A DNA stretch of 64,000 nt from the human T2T-CHM13v2.0 reference genome, Homo sapiens, in the NCBI RefSeq assembly GCF_009914755.1, contig NC_060948.1; one strand, 5' to 3'. The position numbers and the translations under genes are program-made. Positions 48,876 to 61,423 of the stretch are shown piece after piece. The first letter of the stretch is position 1. Each line of letters opens with the position of its first letter. The notes below the pieces were generated by a model. The model had not been told where the DNA came from. It was given only the letters and a program-made list of their open reading frames with translations, and made no database searches.

Positions 48876-49603
48876 TGAAACCAACTTTGCAAAATTGTAA
48901 CTGAGGAAATTATGACACTAAAATAAATCATAACTAACCAACTCCTTCTTGCTTCTGACCTTTAAGCTGTCCTTGTTCATTCTGGGACATAGGCTGAACT
49001 AACTTTAGGAAGGAATTTTGTTCATGGTTTGACTCTGAAACAAAATTGATAATAGCCCTTTCCCAAAAATACCCCATTCTTGTCTGGGGACCAGTCTGTT
49101 TTGTAGGACTAACAAAATAGGTAAAAAATTAGAAACAACACTGTAGGAGTCATGTAGTCTCTGGAAGAGTCTGAACCTACCCCAAATTGTTCTTGGGGAT
49201 AATATCACTGCAGTAAAACCTAAGATCAGTGCTTGAGTTGTTTTCAGACCCTGAACGGGATGGATTAACTGACATCACTCAGACTGGTAATATGGCTCAC
49301 CCAATTCTGCCATCCCACCCAGGGAGAGAAAACAGCAAGAAAACCTCACTTCAAACCTCTTTTATTCTATCTCCAACCTGACCAATCAGGTCACTCCCCA
49401 CTTTCCAAGCCCCTACTCACCAAATTATCTTTAAAACTCTGATCCCTGAATGCTCCAGGAGAATGACTTGAGTAATAATAAAACACCAGTCTCCCATGAA
49501 GGCTGTTGTAAATAAAATACCATTTCTCCATTGCAATTCCCCTGTCTTGAAACATCAGCTCTGTCTAGGCAGCAGGCAAGGTGAACACATTTATTATTTG
49601 ACA
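48876..49603 (+). mobile_element. LTR8-family solo LTR within old L1ME-like sequence
   Basis: TGAAACCAACTTTGCAAAATTGTAACTGAGGAAATTATGACA...GAGTAATAATAAAAC...CTCTGTCTAGGCAGCAGGCAAGGTGAAC...ACA. Confidence 0.85.
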
Positions 49604-49839
49604 GTTTGATCTCTTCAATTTCTAAACTTTTTCCTTATAGACAAAATTGTTACTGAAGCTTTGTCTGTCATACTTGGTATGGTTTGATGCTATATTGTTG
49701 GGTTCCACATGTCTTCATAATGGGCAAACTTTCTTATTCTATAATTTTCTTATTTAGAATATACCATCATCCTTGAAAGGTTATTTACAGATTGTTTATT
49801 CAAATTCTATGTAGTCAGACAATAAAATTGCTACCCCAA

Positions 49840-50651
49840 AGCAGGCACCTCTTAGAAAGGATAGAGCAATAATTAAACATAGAAGAAAAAAAGACATATT
49901 AGACTTTGTCAATGGTAAATTATTTACTTATGAAAGCACACTGTTAATAAACCATAAAAATAAGCCAAAGACTGAGAGGTAAACATTGGCAATACATGTT
50001 TATGATCAAGGACTTCAATCAAGAATACATAAAAACTAAAACATCAATAAAAAAGAAAAGATATCCATTGAAAAATGAGCAAATATTTTAGACATGACTA
50101 AAGAAAATATAGAATTGGCCAATAAATGCCATAAAAAGCTGCTCAACATGATTAGTCATCAGAATATACAAAATAAAACCATGAAAACATAACTTTCCAC
50201 CAACTGTAAGGACTGAAATTTAAAAAAAAATACTAGTTGAATAGATTTGTACTTCCCCACATTGCCAATGAACACCAGCATTTTCTTATAAAACCACACA
50301 TACTGACCCTATAATTTATACTTCTATGCTTAATATTGACCTAAGAGAAATAATATGTTTATGTCCACAAAAAGACTTCAGCAAGAATATTCATAAAATC
50401 TTTATTTCTAATAAGCAAAGACTGTAAATAATGCAAATGCCATCAACAGAAGAATGGGGGTATACTCATACAATAAAATATTACTCAGCACTGAAAAGGA
50501 GCAAATCACTGATGTATTGAACAATATAGAGAGGGAGATATGGCCATATTAGATGCATTTGAACTTCAATGCAAAAAATCTAATCATGTTGATGGAAATG
50601 AGAAAACTTGCTGCCTATATTTGATGGTGGAGATAGACTGGGAGTAGTCAT
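49840..50651 (+). mobile_element. Ancient L1M (MC/ME) ORF2 end and 3'UTR
   Basis: AAAAATGAGCAAA...GGCCAATAAA...TGCTCAACATGATTAGTCATCAG...TGTCCACAAAAAGACTT...AAATGCCATCAACAG. Confidence 0.75.
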
Positions 50652-51572
50652 TAACAGAGCAGGAGCATCACCGTATTGGCCAATCACCACCATTCTAAAG
50701 TTTACCTTGATCAAAACCAGCCTAAATCCAAAGGGCATCGGCATAATGACTAAGCTCAGCATGGCCATAAACCACAAATGACATCTCTGACCAGAAACAT
50801 TCCTACCATAAGATAAACACTTTCCTAACTAGAGACAGACCAACCCTAAGATAACCTCCTCTCTAACCAGAGACATGCCAACCCTGCCATAAACTTCTCC
50901 CCCACCCAGAAACACTTAAAGATCTTGATAAGCCTGCTCACCCTAAAACATACCTATACTCACTCTGTGGGGGAGAGCACCTCTGAACAAAATCTACCAG
51001 AAACCCCTCTCAGGTTAATTTCTCCAGAATAAACTTGTCTTTGATTGTGGATCCACTTTTTGTGTTTCTTTCCTCTTCCTTTAACTGATACATTTGGTGC
51101 CAAAGCCAAGGATGGGTGTTGGGGGCAGAGGCTCTCTTGGAACCCAGGAAGCAGAGGACAGCAGCTACTCATCTTGCTGGATCCTGAAAGTCTCTGGCCA
51201 CTGATCCAATCTTGTCTCTCACTTCACTTTTCTGCAATTTGAATGAGGAGGACAAGTAACCTGAAGGGGACTGTGAGGCTCAGGCTGGGGCTGCTCCCCA
51301 GTGGGTTCTCACAAACCTCAAGCCTCAGGAACCCACCTGTGACCACCTGCAATGGCTTTCACTCTCTTCCCTCCTTCTCCCTAATCCTTGCTTCTCTCTC
51401 TTTTTTATCTCTCTCTCTCTTTCTCATAAATCTCCAGACCAAGAGGCTTTTTGGCAATTCCAGCTGGAACATCCAACATCAGACACTAATTGAGCCAACT
51501 GGTAAGATCTGCCCTATCCTCATTATCTCGCAGTACCCTGGAAAGTCAGGTCTGCCAACCAGGTCCTCAGAG
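50652..51572 (+). mobile_element. Second MER61-type provirus: complete 5' LTR (50652-~51091), PBS and leader, up to the ERV9 insertion
   Basis: TAACAGAGCAGGAGCATCACC start, AATAAA at ~51028, then TTTGGTGCCAAAGCCAAGGA (decayed tRNA-Phe-type PBS TGGTGCCGAAACCCGGGA). Confidence 0.82.
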
Positions 51573-52248
51573 TGAGAGGTGAAGCCAGCTGGGCTTCTGG
51601 GTTGGGTAGGGACTTGGAGAACTTTTCTGTCTAGCTAAAGGATTGTAAATGTACCAATCAGTGCTTTGTGTCTAGCTAAAAGTTTGTAAGTGCATCAATC
51701 AGCACTCGGTAAAAATGGACCAATCAGCACTCTGTAAAATGGATGAAAAGCTCTCGTTAAATGGACCGATCAGCAGGATGTGGATTGGGCAAATTAAGGG
51801 AATAAAAGCAGGCCACCCAAGTCAGCAGCGGCAATTGGCTCGGGTCCCCTTCCATGCTTTGGAAGCTTTGTTCTTTCACTCTTCACAATAAATCTTGCTG
51901 CTGCTGACTCTTGGGGTCTGTGCTGACTTTATGAGCTGCAACACTCACTGTGAAGGTCTTCAGCTTCACTCTTATGGTCAGTGAGATGACAGACCCACCA
52001 GAAGGAATGAACAACTCTGGACGCCCTGCCTTTATGAACTGTAACACTCACTGGAAAGGTCTGTGGCTTCACTCCTGAAGTCAGTGAGACTACAAAGCCA
52101 CCAGAAGGAAGAAACTCCAGCCACATCTGGACATCAGAAGGAACAAACTCTGGACACACCATCTTTAAGAACAGTAACACTCACCGCAAGTGTCCACCGC
52201 TTCATTCTTGAAGTCAGCGAGACCAAGAACCCACCAATTCCAAACACA
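51573..52248 (+). promoter_or_regulatory. ERV9 5' LTR (LTR12 family, 676 bp)
   Basis: TGAGAGGTGAAGCCAGCTGGG...CCAATCAG repeats, GGGAATAAAAGC TATA-like box, AATAAA, U5 repeats, ends AATTCCAAACACA. Confidence 0.92.
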
Positions 52249-52251
52249 TTT

Positions 52252-52269
52252 TGGCAACCAAGAAGGAAC
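52252..52269 (+). other. Primer binding site (tRNA-Arg type, decayed)
   Basis: TGGCAACCAAGAAGGAAC directly after the LTR. Confidence 0.7.
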
Positions 52270-53529
52270 CATCACCCATTGCTAAGTGGTGAGACTATTG
52301 TCTATTGCCAATTGGTGAGTACCATCGGACCCCTTTTGCTTGCTATTCTGTCCTATATTTCCTTAGAATTCAGGGGCTAAATACTGGCACCTGTCAGCCA
52401 GTTAAAAGTGACTAGCATGGCCACCACACTAAAAACATGGGTGTCAGGTTTTCTGGGAAAGGTATCTTTAACAACCCCCGACTCTTTGGAGTTGGGAGTG
52501 TTGGTTTACCTGGAACCAGCTTCTTCTTGTGCTGTACTTCCGGGCTGAGCTGAGGGTCAACAGAGAGGAAAGCCATTCAGCTCCAGGGTCCCAACAACAA
52601 GTTGGTTGACCCTGTGACCATGAGTGGAACTCTCAAAGTCATGTTGCCCAAGCGAGTCTCACCCATCTATCTTATCTATCCTGACCCTTGACTCCTGTGT
52701 CCTAATGCCTGCCAGGCAAATGTCCTCTTGCCTCTCTTCTCTGAATCTAGTCCTGCTTCTAAAAAAACACTCCTTGTCTCTGGTTTTTTCTACGTTCTCC
52801 TATAAGAATGATTTCTAGTATAAACTCCAGGACTCTGTTACCTTCTTTATGCACCTGGGCTCACCAATCAGAAAGATATAATTTTTCTCAAAGCTCCATC
52901 ACAGGAGGGACTATCTGGAATTTTAGAATTCCTCCTCTGACAAGCAGGCCTAACAAAAGCTATTCTTGAAACTAGGATATGGGTAGCCTCAGAAATTGTA
53001 TCCTTCCTATTCATGTAAATGAGGACAAAATGTGTCACTCTTCCAACTCTGGAGATCCTTTCCCTCCCTCAGGGTATGGCCCTCCACTTCATTTTGGGGG
53101 CATAATATCTTTACAGGACATGGGTAAGATCCCAATACTAACAGGAGAGTGCCTAGGAGTCTAGCAGCTTTTTGAGGACGTGTCACTAAGGGCCACTAAA
53201 TCCGATTTGTATTGGTCCTCTTTGTGGTCTAGGAGGACAGACAAGGTGCAGGTTTTGGAGAATGGATCAGTAAGAGCCACTAAATATGACCTTCCTGGGT
53301 CCTCCTTGTGGTCTAGGAGCAAAACTAGTGTTTCTGCCGCTGCATCAGTGAGTGCAACTATTCCTATCAGCAGGGTCCAGGGACTGTTGCAGGTTCTTGG
53401 GGAAAAGGTGTTACTGCTGCTGTGTCAGTGAGCACAACTATTCCAATCAGCAGGTCCATGGACTGTCACAGGTTCTTGGGCAGGGGGAGAAACAAACAAA
53501 CCAAAGCCACAGTTGTTTTTATCTTTCAG

Positions 53530-55000
53530 ATAGGAAACACTCAAGCATCCACAGGCTCACCCTTGAAATGCATCCTAAGCCACTGGCACCAATTTGATCC
53601 ACAAACCCTGAAAAAGAGGTGGCTCATTTTTTTTCTGTGCTATGGTCTGGCCCCAATATTCTCTCTCTGATGGGTAAAAATGGCCACCTGAGGGAAGTAT
53701 AAATTATAATATTATCCTGCAACTTGACCTTTTCTATAAGAGGGAAGGCAAATGGAGTGAAATACCTTATGTCCAAGCTTTCTTTTCATTGAAAGAAAAT
53801 ACACAACTATGCAATGTTTACAATTTACATCCCACAGGAGGACCTTTCAGCTTACGCTCATATCCTAGCCTCCCTATAGCTCCCCTTCCTATTAATGACA
53901 ATCCTCCTCTAATCTCCCCTGCCCAGAAGGAAATAAGCAAAGAAATCTCCAAAGGACCACAAAACCTCCCGGGCTATCAGTTATGTCCCCTTCAAGCTGT
54001 AGGGGGAGGCAAATTTGGCCCAACTCAAGTACATGTCCCCTTCCCCTTCTCTGACTTAAAGCAGATTAAGGCAGACCTGGTGAAATTTTCAGATGATTCT
54101 GAAAGTTACACAGATGTCCTATAGGGTCTAGGGCAAACCGTCAATCTCACTTGGAGAGATGTCATGTTATTGTTAGATAAAACCCTGGACTTTAATGAAA
54201 AGAATGTGGCTTTAGCTGCAGCCCAATAGTTCAGAGATACCTGGTACCTTAGTCAAGTAAATGATACAATGATGGCCAAAAAAAGGGATGAATTCCCTAC
54301 CAGTCAGCAAGCCATCCCCAGTATGAATCCCCACAGAGACCTTGACTTAGATCATGGGGACTGGAGTCACAAACATCTGTTGACCTGTGTTCTAGGAGGA
54401 CTAAGGAGTATTAGGAAATAGCCCATGAATTAATCAATGATGTTCACCATAACTCAGGGAAAGGAAGAAAATCCTTCTGCCTTCCATGAGTGGCTACGGG
54501 AGGCCTTAAGAAAATATACTCCCTTGTCACCTGAATCACTCGAGGGTCAATTGATTCTAAAAGATAAGTTTATTACCCAATCAGCTGCAGATATCAGGAG
54601 AAAGCTCCAAAAGCAAGCCCTGGGCCCTGAATGAAATCTGGAGGCATTATTAAACCTGGCAACCTCAGTATTCTGTAATAGGGACCAAGAGGAAAAGGCC
54701 CAAAAGGAAAAGTGAGATCAGAGAAAGTCTGCAGCTTTAGTCATGGCCTTAACACAAACAAACCTTGGTGGTTCAGAGAGGACAGAAAATGGAGCAGGCA
54801 AATTACCCAGTAGAGCTTTTTACCAATGTGGTTTACAAGGACATTTTGAAAAAGATTGTCCAATGAGAAAAAAGCTGCCCCTTGTCCATGCCCACTATAC
54901 CAAGGCAATCACTGGAAGGTGCACTGCCCCAGAGGACAAAGGATGTCTGGGTCAGAAGCCCCCAACCAGATGATCCAACAACAGGATTTAGGGTGCCCAG
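53530..55000 (+). pseudogene. gag: ERV9 gag (disrupted; start codon reads ATA)
   Basis: GNTQAS N-terminus, ITQGKEENPSAF major homology region, zinc knuckle QCGLQGHFEKDC. Confidence 0.9.
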
Positions 55001-58000
55001 AGCAAGCACCAGCTCATGACATCACTGTCACTGAGCTCCAGGTACATTTATCCATTGAGGGCCAGGAAATTGACTTCCTCCTAGACACTGGCATGGCCTT
55101 CTAGGTATTAATCTCCTGTCCTAGATGACTGTCTTCAAGGTCGGTTACCATCTGAGGAATCCTGGGACAGCCTGTAACCAGGTATTTCTCCCACCTCTTC
55201 AGTTGTAATTGGGAGACTTTGCTATTTTCACAGGCCTTTCTTGTTATGCCTGAAAGTCCCACACCCTTTTTAGGGAGAGATATATTGGCCAAAGCTAGAC
55301 TTATTATCTACATGAATATGGGGAACAAGTTACCCATTTGTTGTCCCCTACTTAGGGAGGGAATCAACCCTGAAGTCTGAGCATTGGAAGGACAATTTGG
55401 AAGGGCAAAAATGCCCACCCAGTCCAAATCAGGCTAAAAGATCACACCACTTTTCCTTATCAAAGGCAATATCCCTTAAAGCCTGAAGCTCATAAAGGAT
55501 TCCAGGATATTGTTAAACATTTAAAATCTCAAGGCTTAGTAAGGAAGTTCAGCAGTCCCTGCAACACCCAATTCTTGGAGTACAAAACCAAAATGGTCAG
55601 CGGAGACTAGTGCAAGATCTTAGACTCATGAATGAGGCAGTAATTCCTCTATATCCAGTTGTACAAAACCCCTATATCCTGCTCTCTCAAATACCAGAGG
55701 AAGCAGAATGGTTCACTGTTCTGGACCTCAAGGATGCCTTCTTCTGTATTCCCCTGTACTCTTACTCCCAGTTTCTCTTTGCCTTTGAGGATCCCAGAGA
55801 CCACATGTCCCAACTTATGTGGACGGTCTTGCACCAAGGGTTTAGTGATAGTCCTCACCTGTTTGGTCAGGCACTGGCCCAAGATCTATGCCACTTCTCA
55901 AGTTCAGGCACTCTGGTCTTTCAGTATGTGGATGTTTTACTTTTGGCTACCAGTTCAGAAGCCTCATGCCAGCAGGCTACTCTAGATCTCTTGAACTTTC
56001 TAGCTAATCAAGGGTACAAGCTGTCTAGGTCGAAGGCCCAGCTTTGCCTACAGCAGGTTAAATATCTAGGCCTAATCTTAGCCAGAGGAACCAGAGCCCT
56101 CAGAAAAGAATGAATACAACCTATATTGGCTTATCTTTGCCCTAAGACATTAAAACAGTTGCAGGGGTTCCTTGGAATCAATGGCTTTTGCCAAATATGG
56201 ATCCCCAGATACAGCAAGATAGCCAAGCCCCTCTATACACTAATCAAGGAGAGCCAGAGGGCAAATACTCATCTAGTAGAATGGGAACCAGAGGTAGAAA
56301 CAGCCTTTAAAACCTTAAAGCAGGCCCTACTACAAGCTCCAGCTTTAAGCCTTCCCACAGGACAAAAATTCTCTTTGTACATCACAGAGAGAGCAGGGAT
56401 AGCTTTGGAGTCATTACTCATACTCATGGGTCAATTGCACAACCAGTGGCATGCCTAAGTAAGGAAACTGGTGTAGTAGCAAAAAGCTGACCTCACTGCT
56501 TACAGGTAGTTGCTGCAATGGCGGCCTTAGTGTCAGAGGCTATGAAAATAATATAGGAAAGGATCTCACTGTCTGGACTACTCATGATGTAAATGGCATA
56601 CTAAGTGCCAAAGGAAGTTTATGGCTATCAGACAACTGCCTACTTAGATACCAGGCACTGCTCTTTGAGGGACTGGTGCTTCAAATATGAAAGTTCTTGG
56701 CCCTAAACCCTGACTGTTTTCTCCCTGAGTATAGGGACCCAATTGGGCATGACTGCCAAAAAATTATAGTTCAGAATTATGGCACAAGAGGTGATCTCTC
56801 AGAAGTCCCCTTAGCTAATCCTGACCTTAACATATATGCCAATGGAAGTTCATTTGTGGAGAATGGGATGTGAAGGGCAGGTTATGCCATAATTAGTGAT
56901 ATCCCCCAGGGCCAGCATCCAGTTAGCAGAACTAGTGGTATTTACCCAAGCCCCAGAACTGGGAAAGGGAAAAAGAATAAGTGTGTAAACAGATAGCAAG
57001 TATGCTTATCTAATCCTACAGGCCCATGCTTCAATATAGAAAGAAATGGAGTTCCTAACCTCTGGGGGAACCAGCACTAAATACCACAAGGAAATTATGG
57101 AGTTATTGCATGCACTGCAAAACCCCAAGGAGGTGGCAGTCTTACACTGTCAAAGCCATCAGAAAGGTGAAGGAGAAAAGGCAGAAGAAAACTGTCAGGC
57201 AGATGCTGAAGCCAAAATTTCTGCCAGGTGGAACATCCCATTAGAAAAACCTATGGAAGGACCCTTGGTATGGAACAACCTGTCGAAGAGATTAAGCCTC
57301 TGTATTCCCCTACTGAAACAGAATGGGGACTTTCATGGGGGCATAGTTTTCTCCCCCCAGGGTGGTTAATGACAGAAGAAGGAAAGGTACTTATAGCCAA
57401 AACCAGCCAGTGGAAAATACTTAAAACCCTCCACCAAACTTTTCATGTGGGTATTGAAAACACTCATCAAATAGGCAAATCTCTATTTACAAGCCAAATA
57501 TCCTTGGGACCACAAGACAGGTAGTCAAAGCCTGTGAAGTGTGCCAAAGGAATAATCTCTTGGTTCATCATAAGGCCCCTTGGGGGAACAAAGAATAGGT
57601 CACTAACCTGGAGAGGACTGGCAGTTAGACTTCACCCATTTGCCTATTAAAGGGATTTCAATACTTGTTGATCTGTGTTTATACTTTTACAAATTGGATA
57701 GAAGCTTTCCCCTGAAAGAGAGAGAAGGCTCAGGAAGTGACTAATGTCCTAATTCATGAAACAATTCCTAGATTTGGGCTTCCCCAAAGCTTACATAGCA
57801 ACAATTGTCTGGCTTTTAAAGCCAAGATAACTCAGGGAATTTCTATGGCGCTACAGATACAATAATAGCACCTTCACTGCACCTGGAGGCCACAATCCTC
57901 AGGGAAGGTCAAGAAGGCAAATGAAACACTCAAGAGGCACTTAAGGAAACTCACACTAGAAACTCATCTCCCATGGCCTATTCTTTTGCCCATGGCCTTG

Positions 58001-58534
58001 CTAAGAATCTGAAATTGTCCTCACAAAATGGGGCTCAGTCCATATGAAATGCTGTATGGATGACATTTTCTCACAAATGACCTCCTACTTGATCAGTAAA
58101 GGGCCAACTTGGTCAAAGATATAACTTATTTGGCAAAATATCAACAAAACCTAAAAAAACTACCTGAGGGATGTCACAGGAAAAAGGGAACAGAGTTGTT
58201 TCAGCCAGGAGATCTAGTGTTGGTCAAATCTCTCCCCTATACCTCCCCATCTGTGGACTCTTTGTGGGAAGGACCATACTCGGTAATCTTCTCTACCCCA
58301 ACTGCAGTTAAGGTGACAGGAGTGGAACCTTGGATTCACCACACCCGAGTTAAACTTTGGACATGCCCTGAGGAACCTGCAGGACCGTCAGATCAGGAGT
58401 CCCAAGATCAGCCAGACCAGCCTCGATACACCTGAGAACCATTGCAGAACTTGCATCTCCTATTTCAGAAGGAAATATCCCAGACTAAAAAGGCTTCTAC
58501 CACTGATCCTGAAGAAAAACCCCTCCATCCTTAA
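55001..58534 (+). pseudogene. pol: ERV9 pro-pol (disrupted)
   Basis: Protease FLLDTG; RT QDLR, LDLKDAFF and YVDV (YVDD mutated); RNase H; integrase WEGPY/WIHHTRVK; last in-frame TAA at 58532-58534. Confidence 0.93.
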
Positions 58535-58584
58535 AAAAGGTAAGTGAAAACCTACATAATCTTTAACACTTCTCCTCAACCCTT

Positions 58585-58749
58585 TAAAAGAATCCTTTTA
58601 GTATTTCATTATATTATATTATTAAGCAGCATACTAACTATACTCTTTGTGATAGGACTAAATACTGTAGCTCCTGCTGGGATGAAAATCATAGTCACAT
58701 CAACCTTCTTTCTATCTTCCTTCTGACAGCAATTTACACCTACCTTTAA
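58585..58749 (+). pseudogene. Decayed hydrophobic micro-ORF between ERV9 pol and env
   Basis: ILLVFHYIILLSSILTILFVIGLNTVAPAGMKIIVTSTFFLSSF / (shift) LTAIYTYL*: two hydrophobic stretches and its own stop before the env ATG. Confidence 0.55.
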
Positions 58750-58764
58750 CTCAGCCTAGATAAA

Positions 58765-60600
58765 ATGATCTCATCTTCTGGAGCACCTTCTTTACCTTCC
58801 TATTTACTGTTAGCCTATCTAACCCTCCTGCTTCCTTGGATACCTCATACAATCACCCTTCCCCTTCCACTAGCTCCAAATTACCTCTACAAGACTCTCA
58901 ACTTCACCCATTGTCTCTTAAAGCAGTCCAATCCTTCCCTGGCAAATGACTGTTGGTTTTGTATCTTTCTATCAACCTCTGCTTATGTTGCCACTCCCAT
59001 TCCTGCAAAAAACTGGGTTTTTATTAACTTAACCTACCACCCTTATTATGAAGGAAAAGACGATTTCCAACTTCTAAATATGCAATCAGTAGCTGACTTC
59101 CCCATCTCTGATAGGACCAAGAATGTCCTAACAGGATGTGCAATCCAATGTTTACATTCTTACATTTCCAACTTCACCTATTACACAAGCAATGAAAAGC
59201 CCATACATGGCCCTGTAACTGTGAATACCATCTTAACTTTCCAAGCCCATTTATGCATCCAATGCAACTTGTTATCAGGCCTGCCCCTGGGGCACCTACT
59301 ACCCCATCAGTGTCATTACACCCTACAACTTCAAGCCCCAACTGATCGTAGTAACTTCCGAGTCACCCAAACAGCTCCATTCAGTTGGCTTCTCTGCTTC
59401 TCAGGGTCCCCCAAAATCAGCACCTCCTCCCTGCTTAACAAACAGTCCAGGTTTTGTAGGGCAAACATACTCACTGCATGACCATTCACCCCTGGGCCCC
59501 CTGCAGAAGTGCCCCCACCACTAGTGAATGCCTTCTCATCCCCCTTTTCAATCACTCTCTTGAATGGTTCCTGGAAGATACAGAATGGATTTTTCTCCAA
59601 TGGGAAAACAGAACTCAGGGAACTCAGTTTTCTCCCCACGCCCTTTCCAGCCACTCACCAGAGCTACTTTGGCAAGTAATCAAGGAGTATGGGAAAATGA
59701 AAACAACAAACTCACACACCTTTTTAACATACACAACCAGTTCCATCTACTGAGCCAAGGTATATTATGTGGAATGTCGACCTATATCGGTCTTCCCACT
59801 AACTGAACTGGGATCTGCAACTTAGTCTTTCTAAGTCCCAACATTAACATTGCTCCAGGAAATCAGACCTTCTCTGTACCCCTCAAAACTCAAGTCTGTC
59901 AATGCAGAACCATATGTCTAATACCCCTACTTGGTGTTAGGAATGGCTACTGCTACAGAAACCAGAATAGCCAATCTATCTACTTCATTAACCTATTACC
60001 ACACACTCTCAAAGGATTTCTCAGACAGTTTGCAAGAAATAACAAAATCTATCCTTACTGAACAATCCCAAATAGACTCTTTGTCAGCAGTGACTCTCCA
60101 AAACCGCCAAGGCCCAGACCTCCTCATTGCTGAGCAAGGAGGACTCTGCACCTTCTTAGGGGAAGAGTGTTGTTTTTACACTAACCAGTAAGGGATAGTA
60201 CGAGATGTCATCTGGCATTTACAGGAAAAGGCTTCTGAAATCAGACAAAGCCTTTCAAACTGTTATACCAACCTCTGGAATTGGGCAACATGGCTTCTCC
60301 CCTTTCTAGGTTCTGTGGCACCCATGTTGCTGTTACTTGCCTCTGGGCCCTGTATGTTTAACCTTCTTGTCAAATTTGTTTCCTATAGAATCAAGGCCAT
60401 CAAGCTTCAGATGATCTTACAAATGGAACCCCAAATGAGTTCAACTAACAACTTCTACTGAGGACGCCTGGACTGACCCACTAGCCCTTCCACTGGCCTA
60501 AAGAGTTCCCCTCTGGAGGACACTACAACTGCAGGGCCCCTTCTTCAAAACTATCCAGCAGGAATGAGCTAAAGCAGTCATCAGCCAAATTCCAAATAGC
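58765..60600 (+). pseudogene. env: ERV9 env, apparently undeleted but frameshifted
   Basis: Signal peptide MISSSGAPSLPSYLLLAYLTLLL, SU CWFC motif, immunosuppressive domain LQNRQGPDLL..QGGLC, CX6CC, WLLPFLG anchor. Confidence 0.92.
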
Positions 60601-60629
60601 AGTTGGGGTGTCCTGTTTAGAGGGGGGAT

Positions 60630-61423
60630 TGAGAGGTGAAGCTGCTTGGGTTTCTGGTTTGGGTAGGGACTTGGAGAACTTTTATGTGTGGCTAAAGGAT
60701 TATAAATGCACCAATTAACACTCTGTGTCTAGCTAAAGTTTTGTAAATACACCAATCAGTGTTCTGTGTCTAGCTAATTGGGTAGGGGACTTGGAGAAAT
60801 TTTCGGTCTAGCTAAAGGATTGTAAATGCATGAATCAGCGCTCTGTGTCCAGCTAAAGGTTTGTAAATGCACCAATCAGCACTTGGTAAAAATGGACCAA
60901 TCAGCACCCTTTAAAATGGACCAATCAGCACTCTGTAAAATGGACCAATCAGCAGGATGTGGGTGGGGCCAAATAAGGGAATAAAAGCAGGCCACCAGAG
61001 CCAGCAGCAGCAACCTGCTCAGTTCCCCTTCCATGTTGTGGAAGCTTTGTTCTTTCACCCTTCGCAATAAATCTTGCTGCTGCTCTCTCTTTGGGTCAAC
61101 GCCACCTTTGTGGGCTGTAACAGTGAGAAGGTCTGCAGCTTCACTCCTGAAGTCAGTGAGACCACAAACCCACCAGGAGGAACAAACAACTCCGGACATG
61201 CCACCATTATGAACTGCAGCACTCACTGTAAAGGTATGCAGCTTCACTCCTGAAGTAAGCAAGACTATGAACCCAACAGAAGGAAAAAACTCTGGATACA
61301 TCTGAACATCAGAAGGAACAAGCTCTGGACACACCATCTATAAGAACTGTAACACTCACTGCAAGGGTCTGCAGCTTCATTCTTGAAGTCAGCAAGACCA
61401 AGACCCCACCAAATCCAGACCCA
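60630..61423 (+). promoter_or_regulatory. ERV9 3' LTR (LTR12 family, 794 bp), preceded by PPT AGAGGGGGGAT
   Basis: Direct repeat of 51573-52248 with an extra U3 unit; six forward CCAAT boxes. Confidence 0.93.

Larger units (their letters stand above)
51573..61423 (+). mobile_element. Full-length ERV9 (HERV9) provirus with LTR12-family LTRs, defective
   Basis: LTR-PBS-gag-pro-pol-env-PPT-LTR; 4-bp TSD AGAG (51569-51572 / 61424-61427). Confidence 0.95.

Noticed and set aside
45161-50651. Spacer of a segmental inverted duplication or palindrome generating the two MER61 copies
   Set aside because: Sequences immediately outside the two 5' LTRs are unrelated.
51640-52230. Regularly spaced repeats resembling a CRISPR array
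   Set aside because: These are the normal U3 CCAAT and U5 tandem repeats of LTR12; eukaryotic context, no unique spacers or cas genes.
53530-58760. APOBEC3G-type GG-to-AG hypermutation of the ERV9 (ATG to ATA, some TGG to TAG/TGA)
   Set aside because: Many Trp codons remain intact and overall divergence is high. It cannot be separated from background without a consensus alignment (Hypermut test).
58765-59481. 238-aa env ORF as a domesticated (syncytin- or suppressyn-like) gene
   Set aside because: Ends by frameshift within SU, furin site not recognisable, TM broken, decay similar to the rest of the provirus; no evidence of selection.
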